From: Eledone cirrhosa | Lineage: Eukaryota | DNA: 64,000 nt | Direction: 5' to 3' | NCBI GenBank assembly: GCA_964016885.1 | Contig: OZ024742.1 | Location: 150,908,001 to 150,972,000, forward strand | In this document: piece after piece, positions 1 to 9,865 of the stretch | How the letters are laid out: the number at the start of each line of letters is the position of its first letter | Position numbering within the stretch: position 1 is the stretch's first letter | Program-made: the position numbers and the translations under genes | The notes under the pieces: generated by a model | Told to the model about the DNA's origin: nothing | Database searches by the model: none | The model's input: only the letters and a program-made list of their open reading frames with translations

Positions 1-62
<62 letters not shown>

Positions 63-122
63 TATGTTCATACTCGTTCACACACACACATACTCACACA
101 TACACTCACACGTATGTATATA
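1..122. repeat. (CT)n/(CA)n compound microsatellite
   Basis: Directly visible dinucleotide runs. Confidence 0.95.
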
Positions 123-139
123 CATTACATGATTGAAAC

Positions 140-500
140 TGGGGTAGTGGGTGGGAGCAGCGATTTTCGGAAATTTATAATTTAACAGTGTTATATTACA
201 AACCTGGTCGTTTGGTTGGAGGGGGCGGGGCGACATGCCTAGGACAGAATTTCTGAAGTTGACCACAGGGGAACGGGCAGGCGAACACCAAGAACACACG
301 CCTTGTCCGTTCCCTCGTCGTTTCTGTTTGGATTGCCTTGGGAACGTAACCTTATTATATAAGAAGCTGCCCGATGATGTCACGGCACTGGGTACACAGA
401 ATCGTTGGTCCACTCTCGTCATTGAAATATGTATCACAGCATTACCAATAAAGGACTTTAACATCTGAAACTACTTCGCATTTTCTCATTCTAAATATAT
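140..500 (+). mobile_element. Possible Penelope-type pLTR remnant (TATA - degenerate hammerhead - AATAAA)
   Basis: TTATATAAG ~355, CCGATGA 371-377 ... GAAA-TATGTA-TC 424-435 flanked by GCTGC/ACAGC, then AATAAA ~447. The segment lies between microsatellites; boundaries are approximate. Confidence 0.35.
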
Positions 501-564
501 TCCGTTTTTCCTGTGGAAAAAAATGCGTCGAGTGCTTCATTTGAAGTGCATCAATATTTACCGT

Positions 565-566
565 AG

Positions 567-616
<50 letters not shown>

Positions 617-632
617 CATATATATATATATT
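565..632. repeat. (TA)n microsatellite
   Basis: Direct. Confidence 0.95.
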
Positions 633-815
633 TAATACATAAACAGAAAAAGCCTTAAGCGATACTCTGACCAACTCCATCTCACTCAACAAACATTAGG
701 ATATACCTAAGTATTCTCCCAATTTAGTGTTTGGGGTGCTAACTAATCAGTATTTCGTGGATAGCTGGTTGTATTATCTTATATGAGACATAATTAAATA
801 AATATCTCTTTCCTT

Positions 816-937
816 CCAGACGATCGTTTCGTTATAAGATTTCTACAGTTTGAGATAAATAATGTCCAGGTTATGTAGAAACTTGTATATTATCCATAGT
901 CTTATACACAAGCGGGCTCTTATAAACTCATCAGTGG
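816..937 (-). ncRNA. Type I hammerhead ribozyme motif with long stem II and short palindromic stem III
   Basis: Minus strand reads CCA-CTGATGA-GTTTATAAGA...TCTTATAAC-GAAA-CGATCG-TC-TGG. All core nucleotides are present, the triplet is GUC, and stem I is CCA/TGG. Confidence 0.7.
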
Positions 938-1337
938 CTGCCCAAATAATATCGATATAAAAATTACATCGACATTAATAAATTAGTGATGGTCTCCTTC
1001 AGCGCTAAAGAGACTGCTAGATTCGAAAGGCCAGCAGTCCTTATAAAGATAAGATACACGCTGCCCTCAAGAGGGTAAGGGGAGGGAGGTCATCTTAAAA
1101 TATAAAACAATATACACGCTGGTCATTTAAACCTGTTAGGTATTATAACCACGTGTTTAAGAACTCAATTGGATATTAAAAGAATAAATATATGTATACA
1201 CGATCGATGCACACATAGAGATATTAAAATATAATAAATACATGTATGGACCACCTACACACACACATATATATATATATATACATATCTATATACACAC
1301 ACATATATACGTATGTGTTATATCGAATATTAATAAT

Positions 1338-1493
1338 TGTTTCTACTTTTGACACAAGGCCAGCAATTATCCAGTACATTACTGGTATTTTATTTTATCG
1401 ACCCCGTAAGGATGAAAGGCAAAGTAAACCTCGGCGGGATTTGAACTCAGACTGAAAAGCATGACTCTCTACCGATATTGCCAATGCACCGCC
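1338..1493 (-). mobile_element. tRNA-derived SINE (internally deleted) with 18-bp TSD
   Basis: B-box-like GAGTTCAAATCCC and central TTTCATCCTTACGGGGTCGATAAAAT on the minus strand. TSD ATATCGAA(T/C)ATTAATAAT at 1320-1337 and 1494-1511; an empty-site paralogue lies at ~2072-2190. Confidence 0.85.
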
Positions 1494-2799
1494 ATATCGA
1501 ACATTAATAATAATGTTTGATTCATTTGTACACAAACGGCCCGATTTGAAGCTGTGCCACGTCAATGACCAATCGTCACCTGTTTGTTCAACACTGGCTT
1601 CGAGGAACAATCAACATTTTTCTGGGTCACAACCATTCATCAGGAGTGTATACCTCTGCCAGTATGTTGAACGGTTGAAAATATATAGTATTTTCTTAAG
1701 TACACATCGGCTGAGTAGCCTCATTTGCATACCGAGCAGTTTAAGGCTGGCCTTAAATATAATTATAATTTTATTTCTCGCCCTAGCACAGCTGATACAT
1801 AAATGACACAAATTTAAGTATACACACGTACAGACAGACACATACACACATATATATAAAATTGCAATATATACACTGTCTAGGAACTTTCTTAAACCGG
1901 CCACCCGACTAAGGAAACTTATTCAAACTTATTCAAACGTTAAAACTATCCTCAAAACAGAGTACTCAGAATCTCTAGCTTGATTACCTTAAACGGTACC
2001 TTGTTATCCTATATATACACATACACATATATATATACATACATACACACACATATATACATATACATATGTACGTATGGGTTATATCGAACATTAATAA
2101 TAATGTTCGATTCGTTTGTAAACAAACGGCCCGATTTGAAGCTGTGCCGTAGCAGTGACCGATCGTCACCTATTTTTCCAACACTGGCTTTGTGTGTATA
2201 TGTGAATATATATAGATGTATATATATCCATAATTGAGTATAAAAGAGAGATAAACACAGACATATCGTAAGGGACCCGGTTTGCTAAGATGAAAAAAAT
2301 ACTAACTATGGACAATAAGGTTTGCCAGACTCAATTTAAGAATAAATCAAGAAAATACGGCTCGGAAAAATCTCTTTCCTAGAGCTATTTTATTGTACGA
2401 GACTATTTTGAGTTTCTAACTCAATATATACCTTTGATAGATGTATATATATATATATGAGTACTTTACAACTAAACACCACCTGATCTACTTATTTTGC
2501 CATCACCATTCCCCTCATATATACGAAATAATTTTAATAGTGTGCATTATATAGTAAATTCTATATTAATATTGTAACAATAAATTTAGTATAATAAATT
2601 ATAAAACAATTTCTGAAAACAAAAACAAAATAAAATTTAAAAATTTCAATAAATTAGTAATTTTCTAAACAATAATAATTGAGTAATAGAATGAAATTCG
2701 AATTGACGAAATCAAAATACTAATATATGAATAAATAAGTAATTTTAAAGATGTAATTTTGATAAATTAGTATTTTCAAATATAATTCAGTAATATTAT

Positions 2800-2973
2800 T
2801 GGCAGAATTGGTAGAGGGTTGGACATGCTTTCCAGCATAGTTACGTCCCTTTACAGTCTGAGTTCAAATCCCGCCAAGGTTAACTTTACTTTCATCCTTA
2901 CGGGGTCGATAAAATAAAGTACCAGTAATGTACTGGGTAATTGCTGGCCTTGTGCCAAAAGTAGAAACAATTA
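2800..2973 (+). mobile_element. tRNA-derived SINE, same family as 1338-1493 in opposite orientation
   Basis: A-box-like TGGCAGAATTGG, B-box GAGTTCAAATCCC, and the same body and 3' end as the copy at 1338-1493. Confidence 0.85.
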
Positions 2974-3042
2974 ATGAAATAGGCATTATAAAACAAAAGA
3001 AGAAATTCGTGAAATACAAGAAAACTGAGATTTAATAAACTA

Positions 3043-3175
3043 GCATGGCTGTATGGTTAAGGCGTTCGCTTTGCAACCATGTGGCTCCTTCTGCAATTGT
3101 TGTATACTATAGTCTCGGGTTGACTAATGCCTTGGGAGTGAAATATGATAGACAGAAACTATGCAGAAGCCTGTG
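3043..3175 (+). mobile_element. Second tRNA-derived SINE family, 5' part, ending in the (TA)n that the RTE LINE interrupts
   Basis: tRNA-like head GCATGGCTGTATGGTTAAG...CAACCATGTGG and a body ending GAAGCCTGTG-(TA)n. It resembles octopus SINEs as recalled, not searched. Confidence 0.6.
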
Positions 3176-3190
3176 ATATATATATATATA

Positions 3191-6100
3191 TCATCATCAT
3201 CAAAATCATCAACGTTTAACGTCCGTGTTCCACGCTTGCATGGGTTTGGACGGGGGTATTCCCACTTGAGGCAAGAGTGATTGTCTTGCTCGCATAGGAC
3301 TGTCTGGCAGGTTTTCTACAGTTGGATGCCCTTCCTAACACCAACCACATTTACAGTGTGGGTCTGGGAGGTTTTTACCGTGTTGCCTACACGGCCACAT
3401 TACAGCGTGGACTGTGTGTTTTTTTGTCGTGACACCTACACGATCTCATTTGTTTCGGCCTGGATGGCGCAGCACCAACATAACTTTACATAGGACGGGG
3501 TGGTGGGACGGGGCGTATTTTGTTAGAGATGCCTACTGGCTGTAGTAGGTTTTACTATGTATTTAGGTAAGGCGGGTCTTCTCTGTTACTGAGTACCGCC
3601 AAAGGTCTCGGTCCAGTGACATTGTCTTGGAGAGGTGTAAGTGTGTGAGGTCGGAGTTTATCAGCTCGTCCCAGGTTTTTCTAGGTCTGCCTATTCCGTG
3701 GCTACCGTCTATCTTTATTGCCCTGCACTTTTTTATACAGCTATCGACTTTCATGCGCATCACGTGTCCATACCAACGTAGCCTTCTCTCGAGTAAACAA
3801 CATCTGATCCCTCTTATTTCTAATTTTTTCCTTAGTTCGTTTATGCTTTGCCGTTCACGTATATTACTGTTACACATCCAGCGGAGCATGCAAGCTTCGT
3901 TCCTCTCTAGTCTGCGTATATCCTCTGCACACAATGCCCAGGTCTCACTGCCATGCAACATTGCTGTTCGTATGCAGGCATCATACAACCTGCCTTTCAT
4001 TTTTAGGGAGAACCCTTTAGCAGCTAATAGTGGTATAAGCTCTCTGAACTTTTTCCAACCAGTTCTGACTCTAGCTACTGTACTTTCAGAGCACGCTCCC
4101 CCACTGCTGATTTTATCGCCCAGGTAACGGAAGGTGTCCACTATTTCTATAGAACCCTCTGCGCAATTGAAAGAGCTAGTATTTTGTGGGCACTTGCTGC
4201 TACTTATTGCACCAGAGCACCGGCCACATGTAAAATCTATGTTCTTAGTTAGCTTACCTGTGATCCCACTACATCTTTTATGCACCCATACTTTGCATTT
4301 GGGACATAAAATGGAGTTTCTACCTACGCCTTTCCTACACACTGAGCATGACCATTTCCCAGAAGGGACCGCCGCCTTATTTTCTTTCCTACAAACTAGA
4401 ACTTTAGTCTTAGCCAGGTTAAATTTAAGTCCTTTTGATTCTAGGCCGTGCTTCCATGTTTGGAATTTCTTCTCTAGCTCGGCCATTGATTCAACTTTGA
4501 GTGTCAGGTCGTCTGCGTATAGGAGTTCCCATGGGCAGCCGGTCTTGAACTCCTCTGTTATAGCCTGAAGGGCAATAATAAATAGTAGGGGGCTGAGAAC
4601 AGAGCCCTGATGGACGCCAACTTTTACGCTAAACTCTTCACTATATTCGTTGTTAATTCTAACCTTGCTGACTGTTTCTTTATACATGGCTTGTATAGCT
4701 GTCACAAGCCATTCGTCAACACCTAGTTTTCTAAGAGCCCACCAGATAATGGAGCGGGGGACTCTGTCGAAGGCTTTCTCCAAGTCGACAAAAGCTAAGT
4801 AGAGGGGTTTACCTTTAGCTAGGTACTTCTCCTGTAGTTGTCGTACAATGAAAAGAGCGTCTGTGGTACTTTTGCCTGACACAAACCCGAACTGCATTTC
4901 ATCTAGGTCAATTCTCTCTCTGATTAGTTGCGCTATTACTTTTTCCGTGACCTTCATGACCTGGTCGATTAATTTAATGCCTCTATAGTTACTCCTATCT
5001 AGGGCATCTCCTTTACCCTTATAACAGTTAACGATGATGCTGCTATGCCAGTCCTTCGGAACAACCCCATTCTGTACGACTTGGTTAACTATGCGGGTGA
5101 CCATGGTGTGTCCCACCGTGCCAGATGCCTTCAGCATCTCAGCAACTATTTCCGAAGGCCCAGCCGCCTTACCCGTCTTCATATCCTTGATTGCCTTACT
5201 TATTATACTCCCCTCGACTAACCCTGCTGGTCCCTCTATTGGGTCGATGTGGGGGAGACTGTCTTTCTCCCATTTATTCTCCTCATTTAGTAGCCTTTCA
5301 TAGTGACACTTCCAAGCTACCTTCTTATCAGCGTCGGTGATGGCAAGTACGCCGTCATCATTAAGTACACACTTCTCCCCGACAATATCACGGTTTTCCT
5401 TGACGCATTGCCTAGCAATGCTGAACACCTCACGTTTTTGGCCCTCGCGTTGTAGAACATGCTTGAACTTTCTTTCCTCTGCTTCCCTTCTTGCGAAGTA
5501 CACTTGTCTCCTAGCTTCCCTCCTGGCCACTTGATAGTCTTCTCTACTTCCCCCATCCCGCCATACTTTCCAAGCCTGCTTTTTGGCCTTAATTGACCCC
5601 TCCACCTTACTGTTCCACCACCATGTTACTCTCCTCCTGCCTACAGGCCTGCTCCAGCCACAGACTTCGTCTGTCGCCATCAGCAGGTTTGCTTTCAGAA
5701 ATTCCCACTGTCCCTCTATATTGTCCGACTCTAAATGCTCTTCCTTACTGTCGAAAGCATCAAGTAATATGCTTTGAAATTTATTTCTGGCTGTGGGGTC
5801 CTTTAGCTTCCATATTTTTCTCCTGAGGATAATCCTCTTCTGCTGTCGAGTACGTCTCGTCCTGACTATGAGGTCGCTAATTATCAGTCTATGTTGGGAG
5901 GTGCATTCTTCATGGGGGAGGGATTTAGTGTTTACAACAGACACTCTGTCACGTCTTCTGGTAAGGATATAATCTACCTGGCTTGTGTGTTCCCCGGATC
6001 TATAGGTGATCAGGTGATTGTCACGTTTTTTGAAGTTAGTGTTACAGATAGTTAGGTTATTTGCATCACAGAATTCCAGGATTCTGGAGCCTTCCTCATT

Positions 6101-6708
6101 TCTAGTACCAAACCCATAGCCTCCATGGATTTCGTCGTAGCCGTCACAATGTTGTCCAACGTGACCATTTAGGTCGCCTGCAATAATTATATAGTCACTG
6201 TCAGATATTTGGGAGGTAGTGAGCATCAGTGTCTCATAGAATCTGTCTTTTATAGTGCCGGGCAGTCCGGATTGGGGTGCGTACGCAGATATTACTGTCA
6301 CCGTAGTTCTATTGAGGACAAGTCGTATTTTAATTATTCTGTCGTTCACTCTATTTACGTCTATTATCTTATCTGCCCACTTTTCTGCTACCATGATTCC
6401 TACTCCACCCAGCCCATCGTCGTTTCCCACCCAGAAAAGCTTATAACATCGTTTTTTACCCTCAATGAATCTAGCAGACCCACCCCTCCACCTGGTCTCT
6501 TGAATACAACAAACATCGACCTCCTTACGTTCAAGCATTTCTACAACCTCGTTAGCGCGACCCTTTAGGGTGCCTACATTTATGGTACCAACTCTGAAGT
6601 TTTGGATTGCGTTTGGAGGGTGGGGGCGGTGGGGGGCGGGGGGAGATGGGGTTATGTTAGCCATCCGCGGACGAAACAAAGAGGAGTGCTCGCATTCTCG
6701 TCCACGAG
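3191..6708 (-). mobile_element. RTE-clade non-LTR retrotransposon, near full length, with (GAT)n tail and ~20-bp TSD
   Basis: Single APE-RT ORF; tail (TCA)n at 3191-3210 on +. Flanks GTGATATATATA(T/C)ATATATC at 3173-3192 and 6709-6728. Confidence 0.92.
3563..6679 (-). CDS. RTE ORF: APE endonuclease + reverse transcriptase + PHD-like zinc finger (1038 aa from TTG; first ATG at 6664)
   Basis: APE motifs INVGTL, IQETRW, SAYAP, GDLNGH, QVDYIL; RT motifs FVDLEKAFD, GVHQGSVLSP, LYADD; C-terminal RLRWYGHV...GRPRKTW. No stops or frameshifts. Confidence 0.95.
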   Translation of the reverse strand: MFRPRMANITPSPPAPHRPHPPNAIQNFRVGTINVGTLKGRANEVVEMLERKEVDVCCIQETRWRGGSARFIEGKKRCYKLFWVGNDDGLGGVGIMVAEKWADKIIDVNRVNDRIIKIRLVLNRTTVTVISAYAPQSGLPGTIKDRFYETLMLTTSQISDSDYIIIAGDLNGHVGQHCDGYDEIHGGYGFGTRNEEGSRILEFCDANNLTICNTNFKKRDNHLITYRSGEHTSQVDYILTRRRDRVSVVNTKSLPHEECTSQHRLIISDLIVRTRRTRQQKRIILRRKIWKLKDPTARNKFQSILLDAFDSKEEHLESDNIEGQWEFLKANLLMATDEVCGWSRPVGRRRVTWWWNSKVEGSIKAKKQAWKVWRDGGSREDYQVARREARRQVYFARREAEERKFKHVLQREGQKREVFSIARQCVKENRDIVGEKCVLNDDGVLAITDADKKVAWKCHYERLLNEENKWEKDSLPHIDPIEGPAGLVEGSIISKAIKDMKTGKAAGPSEIVAEMLKASGTVGHTMVTRIVNQVVQNGVVPKDWHSSIIVNCYKGKGDALDRSNYRGIKLIDQVMKVTEKVIAQLIRERIDLDEMQFGFVSGKSTTDALFIVRQLQEKYLAKGKPLYLAFVDLEKAFDRVPRSIIWWALRKLGVDEWLVTAIQAMYKETVSKVRINNEYSEEFSVKVGVHQGSVLSPLLFIIALQAITEEFKTGCPWELLYADDLTLKVESMAELEKKFQTWKHGLESKGLKFNLAKTKVLVCRKENKAAVPSGKWSCSVCRKGVGRNSILCPKCKVWVHKRCSGITGKLTKNIDFTCGRCSGAISSSKCPQNTSSFNCAEGSIEIVDTFRYLGDKISSGGACSESTVARVRTGWKKFRELIPLLAAKGFSLKMKGRLYDACIRTAMLHGSETWALCAEDIRRLERNEACMLRWMCNSNIRERQSINELRKKLEIRGIRCCLLERRLRWYGHVMRMKVDSCIKKCRAIKIDGSHGIGRPRKTWDELINSDLTHLHLSKTMSLDRDLWRYSVTEKTRLT

Positions 6709-6763
6709 GTGATATATATACATATATCCGTATGTGGTTGACAGCTGAGAGAAATGAGTCTCC

Positions 6764-6936
6764 CCCACTCTCAAGAGCGTGAACCTAATAAACCTTTATT
6801 TGTCTGCCTCTCTGTTTTTGTTCCCGTCCAAGTTTTCACTATATATATATATATATATATAGTGCAAATTTGGACGGGAACAAAACAGAGAGGCAGACAA
6901 ATAAAGGTTTATTAGGTTCACGCTCTTGAGAGTGGG
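6764..6936. repeat. ~77-bp inverted repeat centred on (TA)n
   Basis: CCCACTCTCAAGAGCG...TTCACT-(AT)n-AGTGCAAA...CGCTCTTGAGAGTGGG, with few mismatches. Confidence 0.9.
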
Positions 6937-7072
6937 TGGGGGCGGGGGCGTTTCGGGCATAAGCCCTTCTTCAGGAGAAAATAGGTTAGGAAGAGAGTTC
7001 CGAGGGTGTGTGGGGGAGGGGTGGAAATACATTTAGAAAAAAGGGGGAAATATATATATATATATATATATA

Positions 7073-7567
7073 TCATCATCATCATCATCATTATTTTACG
7101 TCCGCTTTTCCCTGCTTGCAAGGGTGGGACGGGTCTTATTCAGCACAGCATCTCTCCACTCGTCACGGTCCTTCGTCATCTCCACCGTGAGCTTCAATGA
7201 TCTGAGGTCTGTTCTCACCACTCCCGCCCATGATTTTCGTGGTCTACCTCTACCACGTCTTCCCTCAACTGGCATTTCCTGGCACTTCTTCACCCATCGG
7301 TCATCCTCCATGCGCATCAGATGTCCATACCACCTGTCTCCTCTCCCATACACTACATTCTATCCCTCTCAGACACAGTTTCTCTCTCAACACATTTATG
7401 CTGAGTCGTTCACGCACATTTACACTGCACATCCAACGGAGCATGCTTGCCTAATTTCTCTCCAGCCGTCGCATATCCTCTGCAGTTGCTGCCCTTGTCT
7501 CACTACCATGCAGCATCGCGCTCCTCACACAGGCATCATACAACCGGCCTTTCGTACGCAGGGAGAA

Positions 7568-7568
<1 letters not shown>
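7073..7568 (-). pseudogene. 5'-truncated RTE 3' fragment, related subfamily
   Basis: Translates ...RWYGHLMRMEDDRWVKKC...GRGRPRKSW...KTRP. It has a (GAT)n tail and a 3' terminus similar to that at 3191-3255, and sits in (TA)n. Confidence 0.9.

Positions 7569-7569
<1 letters not shown>

Positions 7570-7650
<81 letters not shown>
7570..7650. repeat. (TA)n microsatellite
   Basis: Direct. Confidence 0.95.
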
Positions 7651-7655
<5 letters not shown>

Positions 7656-7898
7656 AAATGTGTGAGATCCTTGGTACAGTTAGGTATATTTGAAAAAAAA
7701 CGAAAAGAATGACTTCACTTGTAGTGTTAAAAGTGTTTTATGATTTAATGTGATAATATAATATTATAATATTACGAGTTGCAACTTCACTACTAAGTAA
7801 TTTTTTTCCTTATTTTCAAATATATATATATTCATATATATATTAAAATAACAGATTAAAGTTTAAGCAAAGAATCGCTTGGATTTTAGTCGTCACAT

Positions 7899-7930
<32 letters not shown>

Positions 7931-8090
7931 CTAAGGCGGGTAAAATTCCCGAGATCCATGGACGAGTTCTCTCCAGCGGTCTCTGTCCCTCATTATCGCT
8001 GCCATGTCCTGCGTCTCCAACAGACCAGTGTCTGTCCTTAGGGCATCAACATACGTTAACCTTGGTCTTCCTCTTCTAGTGTGTCCATAT
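7931..8090 (-). pseudogene. Short RTE-like LINE 3' terminal fragment
   Basis: GHTRRGRPRLTYVD...MRDRDRWR, the typical RTE C-terminus, ending at (TA)n. Confidence 0.7.
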
Positions 8091-8098
8091 ATAAGAAA

Positions 8099-8211
8099 AA
8101 GTATGACCCCGACGGCAGAGCTCAAGCCGTTTCGACGGCTATTTCTGGACTAAGAATAAGTCCAGAAATAGCCGTCGAAACGGCTTGAGCTCTGCCGTCG
8201 GGGTCATACTT
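8099..8211. repeat. Perfect 53-bp inverted repeat with 7-nt loop, containing hammerhead 3' half
   Basis: Arms 8099-8151 and 8159-8211 are exact reverse complements and contain GAAA-CGGC-ttgagctct-GCCG-TC-GGGG. Confidence 0.92.
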
Positions 8212-8265
8212 CTTCCTATTTCCCACTCTACTACCCTAAGTATTGAGTACTCAATACATATATAT

Positions 8266-8590
8266 ATGCAAAAGAAACCAAAGAATGCTTACATACTCAA
8301 ACAGTCTCTATTTACTTACAGTGTTTTATCCTCACCTTTTGGCAGGAATCCTCAGAGCCTAATAAATAGTGTTGAGTATAAGCTCCACAAAAACCTAGTC
8401 ACACGAACAATCAGAATAAAGATAGGGAGATTGAAGATGGCGAACAAGATGTGCATGCTGGGGTTGTTAAGCATCTCTGCTAAATGCCAAGGCATAAGCG
8501 GATTCAACAAGATGAAGATATAATAGATGGCACACAAAAACAAAGATGTAAAAGCAAAAAATGCAAAGGCATAAAAAAATACATAAAAAA
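8266..8590 (-). repeat. ~325-bp dispersed direct repeat of 20539-20867 (probable 5' region of the Penelope-like family)
   Basis: Near-identical by eye with a few substitutions and indels; the second copy lies ~200 bp upstream of the Penelope ORF. Confidence 0.85.
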
Positions 8591-8930
8591 ACAGACAAAG
8601 GTTAAAACATAATATAAATTATAATAAAGTAATAAAAAATATAAAATTAATAAAGATAAAATAAAATAAAATAAAGTAAAATAATTAAAAAAATTAATAA
8701 AATATAATGAAAAATAATAAAATAAAAATAATAAAATAATAAAAGATAAGATAAAATAATATAATAATATAATAAAATTAAAAATTAAAAAGAATTTAAA
8801 AGATTTAAAAAATTAAAAAATAAAAAAATTAAGAAATTAAAAAAGTAAATAAATTTTTTTTTTATTTTTCATTAAAAAAAAAAAAATAAAATAAAAAAAA
8901 AATAAATAATAAAAATAAATTTTTTTTCCT
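8590..8930. repeat. A/T-rich low-complexity tract
   Basis: Direct; AAAAT-like degenerate repeats. Confidence 0.85.
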
Positions 8931-9865
8931 AAGAGAAATTCTTTAAAAAATAAATAAATGCAGAAAGAAGAAAAAAGTTACAAGTTATAAGCACATAGAG
9001 AAGCCTACATATGCGACAAAAATGGAGACAAGGAAGGTCGCTTGACCACGTCTTGACCAAACAAAATATAATATTTTCACCAAAAACTGCCTTTAAACAC
9101 ATGTCAGATGGATTACAATATTCATTATTACAATTACTTTGACTGTTCCCTGACAACTAGTACCAGTTTCAACATAGAATTATTTTAATGAAGTATATTT
9201 AATTTGACTTGATTTTCGCCAACAAACCACGTGTGGACATGGACGGGGAAAAAGGAAAAAAAACCAAATCACTACATCCCTTAGGCATCGCAGTAAGTAC
9301 TCCACAAAACATATAAACAACAATATAACACAGATTTATATACAGATACATACCACATGCATATACACACAAGTGAAAAGAAACCACTCTATTTCGTGTG
9401 AGACACTATACCGGCCAATCTTACGTACATTTGTAAAATATCTCTGAACATTGACTTCGCTTCTAACCCACATACACCTTTTAATTATATATATATATAC
9501 TAGCAGCTGAAAGTTAATAATTTGAAAAATATTATTGAAAGTTTATTATAAAGAAGCAGTATCATGAAAAAAAACGTAAATTTCGCTGTTAATAAACTGT
9601 TGCCTTCTACAGTACGTTTCATTTAACTTACGCAGCATATTTATTTGTTTACATGCACAGACTCTTTTGTACACACACAACATTTAGGAAAACGGAAACA
9701 AAATACACAAAAAAAACAAAACAAAAAACAGACATTTTATTTCTATCGTAATCAAGTGCGCTAAACCTATATTGTTTACATTCTGTGATTTTCTACGGAT
9801 TGGGCAGAAATAACAAAATTGCCATGGTGATATCCATCGATGAAGTATGCGACAAAACTGGTTGA

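Noticed and set aside
2800-3110. tRNA genes
   Set aside because: A/B-box-like heads lack a full cloverleaf and continue into SINE bodies.
3627-6782. Plus-strand ORFs overlapping the RTE
   Set aside because: Antisense shadows of the long RTE ORF, with no recognisable motifs.
8352-8543. Hydrophobic ORF shared with 20670-20861
   Set aside because: The two repeat copies differ by frameshifting indels, so coding function is unsupported.
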